Source: Octopus vulgaris
Taxonomy: Eukaryota
Reading direction: 5' to 3'
DNA: 64,000 bases
Assembly: GCA_951406725.2 (NCBI GenBank)
Contig: OX597815.1
Coordinates: 153,016,001-153,080,000 of the forward strand
The translations under genes and the position numbers were made by a program. Positions 39,088 to 54,330 of the stretch are shown one piece after another. Numbering within the stretch: position 1 is the stretch's first letter; every line of letters starts with the position of its first letter. The notes under the pieces were generated by a model that had not been told where the DNA came from, ran no database searches, and was given only the letters and a program-made list of their open reading frames with translations.

Positions 39088-39699
39088 TATCCATAACTAC
39101 TCGATAGGAAAAGAGCATCTATCACACCCATGTCTATGTCCCTGCGTAAATACTAGATATTCGCTAATCTTACGTTGGGCTAACCTGTTTTCTTGGCAGA
39201 TATTTTTGTCTTGCGTCTGAGTATAACACATAGGCTAATTTATATATGCAAACTTATATGTAATTAATCCTTTTGTGTCAAATGTTGGCTTTATTGAAAT
39301 ACTTTAGTTTTCTTGAATGTAGTATAAAATAAAAATTAGTATAGAAGTAAATAACAAATAAAATTATATATATAAAAAAAAGTTTTCTCAAAATGCTTCA
39401 ATTGAACTTCTTATGTCCGGAAGATTATTTTAAGCGAATTATCTATAGAAAACTATAAATATTCATATGTTATTGTGGCGGTCACCCATTTAGTGAAATT
39501 ACGAGTGATTCATCTATATTTAACATTTAATTGCAGAGTTTTACGTCATTTGACGTACTTTTTGAATGTGTATGGAATTTTAGAAACATTCGAAAAGAAT
39601 GAGCTATTATTGTTTAATTGAATGAGCTGTTATCATTGTCTGGTCAAGCTTATATATACAAAGATTACATACATACATGCATACGCATATAAATGTATG

Positions 39700-39700
39700 A

Positions 39701-39741
<41 letters not shown>

Positions 39742-39753
39742 TATATATTTATG

Positions 39754-39828
<75 letters not shown>

Positions 39829-39891
39829 GTGTATATATAAGTATATATTTATGTATAACTATCTATCTATCTCTCTAATATGTCTGTCTAT

Positions 39892-39964
<73 letters not shown>

Positions 39965-39965
39965 A
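39700..39965. repeat. (TA)n and (TATC)n microsatellites
   Basis: Seen directly. Confidence 0.95.
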
Positions 39966-40626
39966 TGTATGTGTGTGCACAAGAAATATAATCAAAATGT
40001 AAAAGTAATATATTCAGTGTCTATGCTCGTTTTCAAATCAGAATGAAACCCTTTATGTTGGTTATCGTCAAAAGAATATCATTTACATAAAAAAATTAAA
40101 TGTGAATGTGGAGTCGACTGATAAAAATCTCATCAACCTATGAAAGTGAAGTTTTGCAGTATACAGGAAATGACGTAAATGCACAATCTCCGGAAATGAC
40201 GCACATTTAAACCCACAGCAAATGACACAATGTATTTTCTTGTATTAATGACATAGACAAAAGAGAGCAAATATTTCCGGCAAGCTTACTAAGGGATCAT
40301 ATTATGTACACTGACAGATTTTCTTGTGAAGTAACAGAGGACACTTGAAACGGCGCGAAAATCTTGCAGCACAATTATTATTCTATTTTGTTTATTTTTT
40401 AAATGTAATCTAGAAAAGAATCACAACAGCATAATGAAATTTCGAAATTTTATATTTCTATTTAAAATATACTTCACCGATATTAAATGTATAGCGTTAT
40501 ATTTATTATATAAAAAAATGCAAAACGGAAGAACGGAAAATATGTATATTATATACAATCCTTCTCTACAATTCTTCACTTTGGAATAACGGACACAGTC
40601 ACATGTATATATTTATATAATATAAT

Positions 40627-40680
<54 letters not shown>

Positions 40681-40749
40681 TATATATATATGTAAGTATA
40701 TATGTATATGTATGCATACATATGCACATGTATGTATATATATATGCAA

Positions 40750-41135
40750 ATATGTCCCACCCAGCGCAGCCGTGATGAGGTAATGAGAGCCTCCACACTA
40801 ACTGCACCAGTATGGCGCAGGATCTTTACATCAGGAATGCGATCCTGCTATTTCATTTGTACGGTGGAGCGCAGTTGGAATCGTGTCAGGAACTTAATGT
40901 GCCTGAGGTAGAGGATCATATATTCTGTAGCTTAGAAGAGGCAAGGAAGCACTGTGGCACTGTCCAACCTTATCTTTTGAGAGCAGTATTCATGGCAACG
41001 CCATAGACGCTTCTCGAAAGAGCCAAAAAGCCTTGTAGCAGACTATATTCGCTTCTCAGCTTCGAGGTCAGAAGAGTTAGTACAAGTCACTGCACTGCCG
41101 AGATAGGTAAAGGCCTTCGTGTACGTTAGCGGTTC
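40750..41135 (-). mobile_element. RTE/BovB-type LINE fragment
   Basis: FTYLGSAVT...; IPDVKILRHTGAVSVEALITSSRLRWVGHI. Confidence 0.8.
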
Positions 41136-41959
41136 TCTAGAGACCCACCTAGAGTGTTTAATAACATGGTGAAGAGTGTCAGTAAAAGGATTTCGTTATG
41201 TTCTTATTTTGAACTGGAAATGCCCTTATATCGACACTAGGATTATGGTGTTAATGTTTCTTTCGTCGCTTCTCTTTATGAATCAATCCGTTATATTAGT
41301 GCATCATAATGTTATTTCTTGCGATTATTTAGCAACAAATGGGTAAAATAAATGGTTTAATAAAATCGATAGAATATCGGACAAAATTCGTTGTAGTATT
41401 TAACAATATGCCTTAATGTTTTGAGTTCAAACCCAACCGGAGTCAGCACACACACACACATACACACACATATACACACACACACTAACGCATACACATG
41501 TATATTTAAGGCATAATTCCAAGGTCTCATTGATGAACTACCTTTATCATTATGGAGTCAATGAAATAATTACTAGTCAGGAACTGGGGTTGATCCTAAT
41601 CAAACAAATTTTTTAATCAAAATTTGAGCTCTTGTGCTTATGTCAGACTTAATCCGCTGCCTAGATTAACACAACTTCAAGTTACTTGAATGCCTTTAGC
41701 AAGGCTGCAAGAATTCAGATCAAGTCTCCGGTCAGAGCGTAACTTTCCACTTTCTCCCTCCACTGATTTCAGGGATCCTGAAACGGTTCAAGATCGCTGA
41801 CCTTCCTCCTCTGACTAAGTCATATAAAATCGGTAAAATACAAAAAAGTAAATGGAAGTCTAAATATTCCCACCTAGAAGCAATTTTAAAATGTCTTTTA
41901 AATTCTCTTCACTCAGTCTCCATAATCTGATGCGTGAATGTGTTTTGCTCCAAGGACGC

Positions 41960-42125
41960 ACACATTTTTGTGGGGAGGGTTATAGACAATACAATTGACA
42001 CCTGTGTGTGACTGGCACTGTGGTTGATTTAACTGATGCAGGAAGGGTGAAAAAATGTTAAGTTCGGTGAGATTTGAGCAAAAAAAAAAAAAACGTAAAC
42101 GGCGTCCGACGCTCTAACGATTGTG
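41960..42125 (-). mobile_element. Highly decayed Meta/MESC-like SINE
   Basis: Residual GGGGAGGG...GATTTGAGC...CCGACGCTCTAACGATT similarity to 38204-38583. Confidence 0.4.
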
Positions 42126-42559
42126 AGAATCCTGTGCCATCAAGTGACAATATTTCTGGTTCTTATAGAACCTGTACGAAAGTGAAGTTGGTTGTAGCAA
42201 GTTTTGAACGCAGAAATGATTTTAGAAATCAGGTTGCATAAAGCATAAATTTCGCTTTTCTAACATTCCTGTTGACCCCACCCCCGCTCTAAAGGCCTCT
42301 ACTTTTACTCAGATGCCAGATTTAGGTATCACTGATGTCGAATATATTATTATTAATAACTATTCTGCCTTCATCAGACAGAAGATATTTACGCACAACT
42401 CATACAGAGTTTGAATTCAGAATCCAGAAAGAGAAAAGAATTTTCAGGCATTTCTGTCAGCTAACTGCACACAGTATCTCTGACATTGAAGAGGACGAGT
42501 ATGTGGAAATCATGCGTTTCTCAAGATCACAAGCGTTGTATAGAAACTGAAATTGATTA

Positions 42560-42800
42560 ACGATATTAATGTTGTTGATGGTTGGCTCTAAATCACTTCT
42601 GATTGTGCACACCTATTGTTAAAGGCTTTCCAGTCGTGACTGCCCTATCTTTTAGTATACATACGACTACATTGTTGAACATATATCTTTTATTTTTAAG
42701 GTGAAGGAGATTTGGCTGCTATTTTAAGTGAAGGCTGCTACTTTAAGTGAAGGAGACTTGACTGCTATTTCTAGCAGTCCGACTGACCATGTGGAGCCGT
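42560..42800 (+). mobile_element. Old interspersed repeat (family also at ~37420-37470 +, ~43815-44035 -, ~45525-45720 -)
   Basis: Shared motif (TTGG)CTGCTATTTCTAGCA / TGCTAGAAATAGC in several copies. Confidence 0.45.
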
Positions 42801-43059
42801 TGTGGTTGATTTCTAGGATGACTAGGACTTGAAAGTGTATCACGAATTTGTGTTACTGGAAACTTAACGTTGTCTCTACGAAAGTTGTCTCTGCGATTTT
42901 AATGATAAACATTTATAGAGATCAAAGAAGACTCATAAAAAAATATTTCCGCTCAATTGATAGTTAAAATAAAAAGAAATTTTGATTTTTAAAAATTTCT
43001 ACTTGTTTTAGAAATTGCAGTTTAACTCTCCTGTTAGCTGAAATAAAAAGACTGTATTG

Positions 43060-43070
43060 AAAGAGAGAGT

Positions 43071-43102
<32 letters not shown>

Positions 43103-43142
43103 AGCGTAGGAAAGTGTAAGAGAGAGGGAGAGAGAGAGAAAT

Positions 43143-43173
<31 letters not shown>
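43060..43173. repeat. (GA)n-rich tract
   Basis: Seen directly. Confidence 0.9.
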
Positions 43174-43176
<3 letters not shown>

Positions 43177-46050
43177 TAGAAAGATTGTATCTATATCGAA
43201 AGAAGTGACAGTCTTGGAAAAAAAAAATTAAATTACACTAGAGTTGTGTTCGTGAAGCCTGCCAAGTTTTTTTCTGGGAGAAAAAATGACGAAGCAAAAA
43301 TTAACACTCACAAAAAAAAAAAAAAAAATGATTAATCACCTCCCACTAATCGGTAGCTGGAACGACCTCAGTTCTAATTTTTCTTTCTTTCGTTGTTTTA
43401 TTTAATTTCACTGACAGTTGTGGAATCTGTGGTGTAAGTCCAGAATAGCTTGTTCATGAGGTGTGTGGGAGATTTTCTTTTCAGTAAGGAATCTGTTCTG
43501 CACCATTATATATAGACTGTTTTGTATAGACCGCATTTTTGTGTTTATAATGTGATAAATTTTGCTATGGCGAGGGATGGAAACGCATGTCGTTATTTTT
43601 CAATTAAGGCAGAGTTTGAATTTTGAGGATTCCATTATCTTAATGTAGACTCTTACGAAAAAGCAAAACAACAAAAAAAAAAAACCCCAAAAAACCAAGA
43701 AAAAACTTTAAACAAAATTATTTCACCCATCTTCATTAATACAAGAAATATCTTAAACTTTACCCTAAGTTACCTAGCGTTGTTTAAGAGAGAAAATTCT
43801 ATTATTGGTTTATGAAGGAGCTGCTATGTAGCCTTTTAACTTGCTAGAAATAGCAATAAAATCTTTCTCAAAGTATACCTAAACATCTTTAAAAAATGAG
43901 TGAGTGAATAATGCTGTTTTAGTGCTAGATACGCATTTTCCAACCAAAACAAAGATAGGACATGGCTGGAACATCTTTGATCATAGGTTTGCTAGCTGAA
44001 TGAGGCTTAACCCGGGGCTAAACAATAGCAATAACAACGCCTGTCACATCTGGTCTCCCTCAAATCAAACTCCACCATCTTGAAAGGAAATGGTTACAAT
44101 GATTAATGCGGCCTATGTAGCAAATACTCGAGACGAGGCTTGGAGGGATCTGATCATGAGTTTGTTTCACATGGATTGATTCGGATTAAACAACAATTAC
44201 AACATAAAGAAAAACATGAGCACCACCACCACCATTTTTCACGATACCTCACACTAGTATAATCGTATAAAAACTTTGGACATTTATTTTGTATTTTCGT
44301 TACACAGCGCGGGGTAGTCGGCTGATATTTTAATGGATATTGATGCAGAACCTTTACAATTAAATACTTTATGTCATAGAACTAATTTCTACCTAAAATA
44401 TTTCCCCGCTGAATTACTTTGATATTCCGGATAACAACGACAATTTATTGTGTTGTAGTCACCTTTTTTTTTTGCTCTTCTGTCACTAATCAGCATCCGG
44501 TTTGCGGCAAGGAAATCAATTTTTCATTTGGTTTCCTCAGAATATTTTCAACAAAAGATCCGCCTAAGTAGAAATTAAGTTTTTGTTTCATTTCCTTTTC
44601 TTTATTTGTGTTTCAGTGATATATTACCCATGGGGCTTCATAAGCATGTAACAGTGAAGAATTTGACAATTTATAACGCACTTCTAAAAGAGAAAAATGA
44701 GCGATACAAAACAAAGAGAATAACAAAACCATTAACGCTGATGTTTAGGCATGTTTGACTAACAAAGCGATTTGAACAAAAAAGCAGAAAATAACATGAT
44801 TGTAACATACAATTTACAGCTAAGGTGAATAAGATGAAATAAGATTCGAAACTAAAATTCCAAAGAATTATTCAATTAAAATGAAGACAGAAATTAATTA
44901 TTGTAATTTTGGTCCTGAAGATAAAAGAAGGGAATAAAACAAGCAAAACAAAACAAATAAATCAAGAACAATAACTGGCTGCAAAATTTTACGAACATGG
45001 AAGCCAGAAGATATTTGTGTAAACGACCTGTATTAAAAAGAATATAAAAAATAAAGCTGATCTATTGGTTAAAGAAATAAAACGACAATCAAATTGAATA
45101 ATATGGAGGAAAAGTGTAATTGAATTAATCGATGTAAAAAGATACAGTGAAAGAAGGAAAGAGTGGAATAAAGTTTTGCTTAATTTTATTAATAGGGTTT
45201 GACAAGTTTAGACTTTGAATAATATAAAAACAATAGATGTGTCAGGAAAAGCAAGCTTCAGCGTATTCGAGCACTAACGAGGAATAAACAAAACAAAGAA
45301 ATGACGAAAAATGTGAATTTGAAATTCTCCAAGTAAACAAAATTGACGTTGGACCTTCGGTAAAATAAGCTAACACCATTGACTGACACATTACAGCAAC
45401 CAGGTATCTCTTGTTAATTGATGTAGAACGGAGACAATTGGGTGGCGACATTTCGTCGACTTCCTTGTTGAGAAATTGATGCATATGCAGAACAACTGCA
45501 AATAAACGATTGGAATTGTTTCAGCGTGGTCGCTCAATTGCTAGAAATAATAGCCTTCCGTTAAATTATATTCGAATCGTTTTAAAAATAATAGAAGGAT
45601 GTATTTAATATATTAATCTGAGATGAACTATGTTTGGAAAGACGAGCTTTGTGTGATGCTTTTGATCATTAGTCAACTTGATGAGAGCTGACATAGGACT
45701 TAATAAAAAAACCCAGCAAAACAACAACAAAGACAAGGACAAGAATAAAAACAGTAACAAAAATAACAATGTATTTTTCACAACTCATCTAAAGGCAGAC
45801 ATTTTGGTTTCATATGTGACCATAGAGAATCAATTATTTCCATCGGCCCTGCTCTTAACGTTTTGTTTCCGCTAACTTTACAACAAAACACATTTGTTTG
45901 AAGCTAAATTGAGATACAGCTGAATGGAGGATGAAAAATAACATTGGAAATGTCTCTATTTTGTGCTCACCACAAATGCAGAGGCTTAATAATATATTTC
46001 ATGTAGTGCCTCGGTCACTCCTTGTTATCATCCACAGTAATCTCATTATT

Positions 46051-46176
<126 letters not shown>

Positions 46177-47562
46177 ATTGCATGCACACAGATACTATAT
46201 AATAAATAGCAACAATTATTCATATGCATTCTACCATTGGTTTCTCGAAAGAAATAGATCCCATGGAAGGCCTGTGATTATCTTACATTCGTCAAATCAG
46301 ACTAAATAATAAATGAAATAGTTAAGATGGCTACTCGGTGAAATATTGTAAGATGTGAGAAAGTGTGAGACAATATGGCATTAAAATTATTTCTTCATAG
46401 AGAGGAATTGTATAAACCAGAGGTCATAATTCTGTAAATTGCTTAGATTCTGTCTCTTTATACAAATCTATATACTATGCGATTGTAGCAACTTGACCTA
46501 AAATTGAAAAAAAAAAAAATTAGCAAAAGGTTTGTACAGCAATAAGTATATGACCATAATATTTAGTCTGTGTAAAGTTGATAATGTTTGAGAAAAGATA
46601 TCTCGGTTCAAGTTCATAAACATAAAAATAAATAGAATAGTTAAACTGTACTAAAGGGGGAATTTGGAGAAACAGAACAAACAGGAAAGAAAAAAAGTAA
46701 AAATAAAACTGAAGAAAAGAAGAAAACAACACAGATGTTTGGTAGACAAAAGGAAAGAAATAGGAAAACAAAAAATAAAGAAAAACGAAACATGAGATGC
46801 ACTCCACTATAAACTGGATATGGTTTGTAGTTCAGGCTCGGGATTCGAGTTAGTATGATGCCATATTGGAACGACTTCAAGTTTTCTAGAGTTTGTGCCC
46901 TCTTCTTGTAGTTATATTTTTTCGCACCGTCAATCACAGTCTCAGATACAGTCTTAATTTCATAGATAACGAGAATTAGACTGCCATATTTCTGCCCTTA
47001 ACAGGGTAGTTAATCGCATAAGTTGTTAGACATTTATGGTCAAAAGGTTTTCCACCCACGGCCACTATAACGTGTTTCCGGACATTGCGTATTTATAACT
47101 ACACCACACAATATCCGCCTTTTCTAAGCGGATAGAATAAACATTGCGGAAGATTTGACTGATATTTCTAGCAAGTGTAAACTTAGAAGGTTCTTCAACT
47201 TTGGCTCGTCACCCAATAAGTTATTTGCATTGGAACCAACCAAGAATGACAAACACGACACGAATTTGGATTGCCAGAAAATCATCGCTTGTTTTACAAC
47301 CTTCACTTCTGAATATTAAAACATGGAAACTCATATTTCAGACGTACATGTTAACCTTAGAGAACTATATTAATAAAAATAGAATAACTTAATTGCCCAC
47401 CTATGCATTGTTGAAAGCATTTTTCTCTGGAGACCTTGTCTTCCAGTAGCTATTAGATTAATGGACGAAACATAATTGTTTTAGTTATTAATGGCATCAA
47501 TAGTCTATATAATTAGAGATCTTCAAAGTAAAATGTAATTACCAATAAAAATTCTAATTGTA

Positions 47563-48819
47563 TATCAGGCTGAGTAAAAAGTAAACAACGTTTTGAAACA
47601 TGAAATTCATCACAATATATTTCAACAATGCGGAAATTTTATTCATCAAAGTAAGTACCATTACAATCAGCACAATTTTGCTAACGAGTTACAAGTTTGT
47701 TTATTCCGGTAACATAAAAATTTGGAGTTCTGAAGCTGATGAACTTTTTGAATGCACTTTCAGTATCGGTTTGATTTTTGAACTCTTTCTCTCGGAGGAA
47801 ACCATCAAGGTGCTTGAAAAAGTGGTACTCGGTAGGAGAAAGGTCTGGGAATTAAGCTGGGTGGGGAAGAACTTCGTAGCCAAGTACCCTCAACTTCTGG
47901 AGCGTCATTATGGAAACGAGTGGTCGAGCATTGTCATGAAGAATGATTGGCCCGCTTCTGTTGATCAGTCTGGGACAGAGAAGTAGCAGTTTTTCGTTCA
48001 TTTTTGGCATTTTCATAGCAATATATTTCTGCAATAATGGTTTTTTCGGGTTTTAAGAAGCTATAGTGGATGAGTCCAGCAGTACATCATCAAACAGTCA
48101 CCATAACCTTATCTTTGAAGAGCTTGTGTTCAGGGAAGGTTTTCGGTGCTTCATTTTGGCCCAACCCCTGCGAAGAAAGTTTTTTTTATTATTGTACAGA
48201 ATCAACTTTTCATCGCAAGTTACAATACGGTCGAGAAATGGATTGGTCTGGTTACGGAGAAGAAGCGACGAGCAAATTTCATATCTGCGTATTTTCTGAT
48301 TTTCGTTCAAATCGTGTAGTTTGCCAAGCTGTTTTGATTTTCCGATCGCATGCAAACGGTTGCAGGCAGATTTCTGGCTAACTTGAAGTTCTTTTGCCAG
48401 TTCTCGAGTGTTTTTACGTGGATCTTTCTCAATGACGGTCTTTAATTGACCGTCATCGATGACAGATGGCCGTCTATTACGGTCACAATCTTCAAGGCTT
48501 AGGTGTTCACTGCGAAATCGTTTAAATCATTTTCGAGCTGATCACTCACTGGTCATTTCCTCACCAAACGTTTCAGCTGTTTCGCGCCCTTTTTTGAAGT
48601 TGAATAGCAAAATTACTCGAATATAGCGCTTTAACATTTCCAGTTCAGATGATTGCAACAACGATGAAAAAAGAATAATGTTGATTTATTGGCACATTTG
48701 GGCAAGTCTGTATTATCAGACAATTTAGAAAAGAATTAAAAAAACAAATTCAAAACTGCGAAAATCCGGGTCAAATTCTTCATGGTTCAAAGGTTGCTTG
48801 CTTTTTACTCAACCTGATA
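47563..48819 (-). mobile_element. Full-length but inactivated mariner (DD34D-type)
   Basis: TIRs TATCAGGCTGAGTAAAAAGTAAACAAC versus reverse complement TATCAGGTTGAGTAAAAAGCAAGCAAC, with TA ends; 1257 bp. Motifs DRIVTCDEK, ILHDNARP, HPA*FPDL.SPTEYHF. Confidence 0.93.
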
Positions 48820-49103
48820 CTTAGATAAATATAATGTAAATATGGAATCATAAACGTTTCGACACTAAGATTTTTCATAAAATTCAATTAAAATATTTTT
48901 GTTAGAATTAACAATGCATTCAAAATATCATCAAGACATTTTTCCTTTTTTCGCTTACGCCCTCATCGAAGGACGTCGACCTGAAATATCGAACATTCTT
49001 TATTTCCTAAAGCGTAAAACTAATATATTGCATGCTATATAACTTTATATTGTGTATACTTTTCGCCTGATAGCTAAAAACTGGACCATATACATACAGA
49101 AAC

Positions 49104-49295
49104 GTATGTATGTATGTATGTATGTATGTATGTATGTATGTATGTATGTATGTATGTATGTATGTATGCATGTATGTATGTATATATGCATGCATGTATG
49201 TGTATGTATGTATGTATGTATGTATGTATGTATGTATGTATATATGTATGTATGTATGCATGTATGTATGTGTGTGTGTATGTATGTGTGTGTGT
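49104..49295. repeat. (TATG)n microsatellite
   Basis: Seen directly. Confidence 0.95.
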
Positions 49296-50002
49296 TACCT
49301 AATGTCAAACGAATGAGAAAAGAGTACTCAATGCACGTTGTAGAGGTTATGGGTTTTAAAATTAAATCTGAAGCTGGAAGTTTGTTTCGTGACTCGAATT
49401 TCACACCACTGCAATCTTCAGTTGAATGGGAAATAAAGGAACACAAATCTCTTATCACATTGTAAAATCGATGAGTATCCTGAAAAAATTCAATCTAAAT
49501 GCAAAATTTTCGTCTGTCAAATTCGATTTATACGTTATACGTTTATAACTCTAAACAACAGTGGAAAAATATTCGCTCAATGTAGCCCCATCGAGATCGA
49601 ACTCAGAATGAATTTCTTAACGATACATGAAAAGAGGTTTTGGTGCATCATTCACAGGTGCTGATGCTCTAATAAGACTACAAGCTCACCTAGTGGGCTG
49701 GAACCGAGTTTCTGAGACTTGGAAGTGATCACGTATTTGATTAAACCACACTGAATTTATAATGGTATATAGAACTATATACTAACATAAATTTATACAA
49801 ACAAAATCGACACGTATAAATTCCGGTCGCTCATTAAATCAGCAGCTACATACTTATCCGTATTTTCCGGTCTTTCTAAACACACGCTCTGTCAACTTAA
49901 AAACCTATAAACTGTATCACATTCGTGTCCCCTTGTCGGAGTGCAAACCACAAAGGAAAATATGAATAATAGACTCATTTTCAATAAACACATACCGGCA
50001 TT

Positions 50003-50466
50003 GTATGTATGTATGTATGTATGTATGTATGTATGTATGTATGTATGTATGTATGTATGTATGTATGTATGTATGTATGTATATAAGTATGAATATATTT
50101 ATATTGATATATGCTTTAACACACACATACACGAACACACATACGCGTATACATTCATATATAAATATATATATATATACACATATATACACAGCATATA
50201 TATGTGTATGTATATATATGTTTTGATGTATGCTTTAATACATACATACATACATACATATATACATACATATGTATATATGTACATATGTATATATATA
50301 TATATATATACATATATACATATATAGCATATATATATACATACACATGTATGTATATTTATACATATATATATACATACACATATACATACTTATATAT
50401 ATATATATATACGTAAATGTATATGTATGTATATATATACAAATATATACATACATATACGTATAC
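50003..50466. repeat. Compound (TATG)/(TA)/(CATA) microsatellite
   Basis: Seen directly. Confidence 0.9.
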
Positions 50467-50704
50467 AAACAACCATCTCACACTTTCTCATTCTCTATTC
50501 CTCTCTTTCATTTCACGTAATATTTTATTTCTCTTCCTTTCAATATATCATTTCGTTGATTTGTCTAACAATCTTCCTCTTTTCCCCTATTACCACCAGT
50601 CATCTCTGTGTGAACGAATCTAGGGACATGTGTGTGAATAGCAAATACATACATAAATACATACATACATACATACATACATACATACATAACATATTCA
50701 TATC

Positions 50705-51059
50705 TCTTTTACTTGTTTCAGTCATTTGACTGCGGCCATGATGGAGCACCGCCTTTATTCGAACAAATCGACCCCAGGACTTATTCTTTGTAAGCCTAGT
50801 GCTTATTCTATCGGTCTCTTTTGCCGAAATGCTGAGTTACGGGGACGTGAACACACCACCATCAGTTGACAAGCGATGTTGGGGGACAAACACAGGCACA
50901 CAAACATATACATACACATATATATATATATACATATATACGACAGGTTTATTTCAGTTTCTGTCTACCAAATCCACTCACAAGGCTTTGGTCAGCCTGA
51001 AGCTATAGTAGAAGACACTTGCCCAAGGCGCCACGCCGTGGGAATGAACCTGGAACCAT
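50705..51059 (-). mobile_element. tRNA-derived SINE (11773 family), 5'-truncated
   Basis: Reverse match: TTTCAGTCATTTGACTGCGG...CCAAATCCACTCACAAGGCTTTGGTC. Confidence 0.88.
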
Positions 51060-51208
51060 ATATATATACACACATACATGAATACATAATACATAATATA
51101 CACACATATGTGTCTCTCTCTCTCTCTCTTTATATATATATATATATACATACATGAATACACACACACACACACTCATATATATATATCTATCTACATA
51201 TGTATGCA

Positions 51209-52100
51209 CTAGCTGACATACTCGGTAATTCCCGGGAATGCGAGGCTTATCCATTGGTTCCGTTCTCATAATTGTTTCGTTAATCCAATAACAATACAAA
51301 GTATGTAGCCCTTAAAACGATTTCTGCGCATTTACAGAGAATACCGAACAGTCTTACACAGAATCTTGTTTTTAAGGATTTCCAATAAGTTATTACTACC
51401 CAAATTGTGGAGTCAATTATGTAATAACATGTAATTAGTCACCCAATAGTAAGAATTCAAATAAAGTAGCCACGAAAAAGGCTTTAATGCGTTCCCAGTG
51501 TATATAGAACATAGGAAGAAATACTAATAAGGTATGTATACAAAAATCGTGAAGCATGTTACATAATAAGAGGCTAATCAGATATGAGAAAATAACAATT
51601 CAAAGTAAATAACTCTGAAAAGGGCTTTTGTGCGTTCCCAGAGAATATTATTCTCAGGGGCGCAAGTGTTGGTATATTCGTGAATAAGTCACTAACCGAA
51701 ATAATTAGATCGATTGTTTAGCAAAATACTGTTTACTTGTTTAAAGGTTGTACTGGATACAATGCGAAAATAATTCTAACAGTTCAAATAAACATACTCA
51801 ATTTCATTTTCACCAAATAATTAAGGAAAATGAATGGGTTATTTCCCTTGGCTTTATATAAGGATCCCCTCCAGGGGTGAATGGCTTATTTCCCTTGGTT
51901 CTTAAAATAAAATATATTAAATATATATAAATATCCCTTCTAGAGGCCCTATTAGCGATTTTTTCAACGATCTGAGAATGCCATAAGGTTTCCAGGCATG
52001 AGTTCTACTCATGTGTCAAGTTTTATCAAAATCGATAAAACGATGCTGGAGGAGTTAGCTAACAACTCCACAAACACACCCACAGACAGAATTTATACAT
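51209..52100 (-). mobile_element. Non-autonomous Helitron
   Basis: A-CTAG at 51208-51212 with adjacent hairpin CTCGG...CCGGG. The far end (TCAAGTTTTATCAAAATCG...GGAGGAGTTAG...CAGACA) parallels the 5' region of 30818-31330. The 5' TC is obscured by (CATA)n. Confidence 0.7.
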
Positions 52101-52123
52101 ACATACATACATACATACATAAC

Positions 52124-52215
52124 GGTTATCTCTGAAGAGCGCAGGGTTACATAATGAGAATGTTACTTAACACTCCATTGAACACGAAGTGAAAAACCGA
52201 TTGATAAGATCAGCC
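52124..52215 (+). ncRNA. Possible degenerate hammerhead motif
   Basis: ggttatct-CTGAAGA-gc...gt-GAAA...ATA-agatcagcc. Stem I is plausible; stems II and III are poor. Confidence 0.3.
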
Positions 52216-52839
52216 GTAACGGATATACAATACTGTCCACCACTTCGATTAATATATATATATATAGACTCGATTAAGTTAATAGCATCTCCACTCCAAC
52301 ATGTAAATAATTATTTGTATTTGTTATATTTGCTGACGCTAGCAAACATTATTAGTTTGCAGAGACTCCACAGCTTTTCACAAAAAGTTGGTCATCAACA
52401 TGGATTTCTGTAACACTGAAATAATGATAGTGCTATTAGTAGTTTAATAATAATTATGATTATGAGAGTTGTGCATAGTAAAAGGGGCAGAGCGTGGAAC
52501 GAAATTCGAAAAAGATATTTATTTACGAAACTCTACGTTCTTAGTTCAGTATAGAGCGGAACAATATTACTTTACTTCCCTATTGGGTGCCAATAAAATC
52601 AGTATTAATGATATATGTTAGAATAAAGTCACTCAACAACATATCTTCTCTAGCATATATGTCCTTGAGACAAAATCGGAAATCAATTTATATGTACGCA
52701 ATTGTCGTTGATGTTGAAGATGACTTAAAGGAAATAGAAAAAGAGATGAAAAATAAATACTAGAAGTAGTGCGTAAGTATATAAAATATATAAAATGATG
52801 TTAATGAAGTATTCGTATGACTCGAGAACTAAGGAAGAT

Positions 52840-54330
52840 TTAAAACTGAAAACTTCTGTGTACACCATGTTGGTGACATTTTTTCTACATTGTTATTATA
52901 CGTGTAGTATCATGTGTCGCTCTTGACAAAACAACATATAAATACTCATGCATAAATACTTTTGTTGATTTACAGAAGAGCAGATCTAGGACACACAATG
53001 GGTGACAATGAGATTTATTGATTGTCACAACCACTCGAACTGGAATGTTTAATTGCATAAGGATTAATAGTAGACTGGTATCAGGATTGAGTTTAGTTTT
53101 TGATACAATAATATTCTTCCCATAAGAGACATCTTCCGTAACAATGTTGTTATCAATTATACGTTTATGCATGTATATGGTTTATCATAATATTTGTTTC
53201 CTAACAAAAATCTAATCTCATTTGAATTTCACAATAACATTTTAACATATAGACTGTTTAAGGACAACATACGAGGAACACCTCTATCAAAGTTACAACT
53301 GTTTATGAAGGGAAATGGATAATTGTGAAGATTCTCTTTATCAACAGGAAATAATGTTTTTGCAAGCGTCTGTTTTCTCCATTAAATACGATAACAATTC
53401 CCTCATTTATGGAACCAGCAACAACTTTGAAAGTGGACGACATTACATGGTCTTTAAAGCTTGCAGGATCCGCCAAAATCTTAGTTATCATTACACGTTA
53501 ATCCTATACAACCTCTACACCATTTGAAAGCTTTATCTTGGTATCAAGGTCTAGGTGTTCCTTTCCCAAAACGGAGCAGAAAATAAGGCTAGTCACAATC
53601 CTCTCGATTCTATAGATGTATATTTTTGGCGAGTTTCAGTTTCGTGACTTGTAACAAATTGACGAATAGATTCTAATTTCACGATAGCAGCTATGCTAAC
53701 TTTTTTAAGGATGGAAAGCTTTGTTGCAAATTGCATGGAAACATTTTGATCTTGCCCTCAAAAGGTAAACAATTTTGTAAATGATCCTAACAAGTCTGAT
53801 CAACAACGTCATGTATATATTAATAGTTTGACATTTGTAGTGCTTCATCTTGAAAGACAACCAAACCTCCCACATACGGTGACATAAAATAAGTATTTGT
53901 CTTCAAGTTTCTATAGCATCGTATGCTATATTGAAGGAACTAACCATTCTATCTGTGGTGTACCCAGTATTATGCAATAGCGATAGCAAAGATATCTGAC
54001 CTAGACGTAGCAACCTGCACACCTTAGCCAATTCTTTTCCAATTCCACTAGGTAAGTAATCCTTACACCAATATATAGTTATTTTGTGCTCCGCTTGTTG
54101 AATACTATCCAGACCTCTTATCCGCGACTATTGTCCGAGTTGCATTACCTGATTCATACAATGGTGATTATAATATCAACGCCACCTATATAGCATTCCA
54201 TATAGTTAATCATTAGAATACTCTCTACTGCTGGCTTTCTTTGATATCGATCTGGCATTTCCTTTAACTTAGGTGTAGTTTATTATACAATCTCCTCTTT
54301 CTGTAAACTCCTTAATGATAAGTAGTACTC
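52840..54330 (-). mobile_element. Helitron Pif1-like helicase remnant (C-terminal)
   Basis: IPVRVVVTINKSH...VFMHEYLYVVLSRAT (cf. FPVRLAFAMTINKSQG...VFSHGQLYVALSR), GVPRMLSL, terminal TNMVYTEVF. The upstream boundary is uncertain. Confidence 0.75.
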
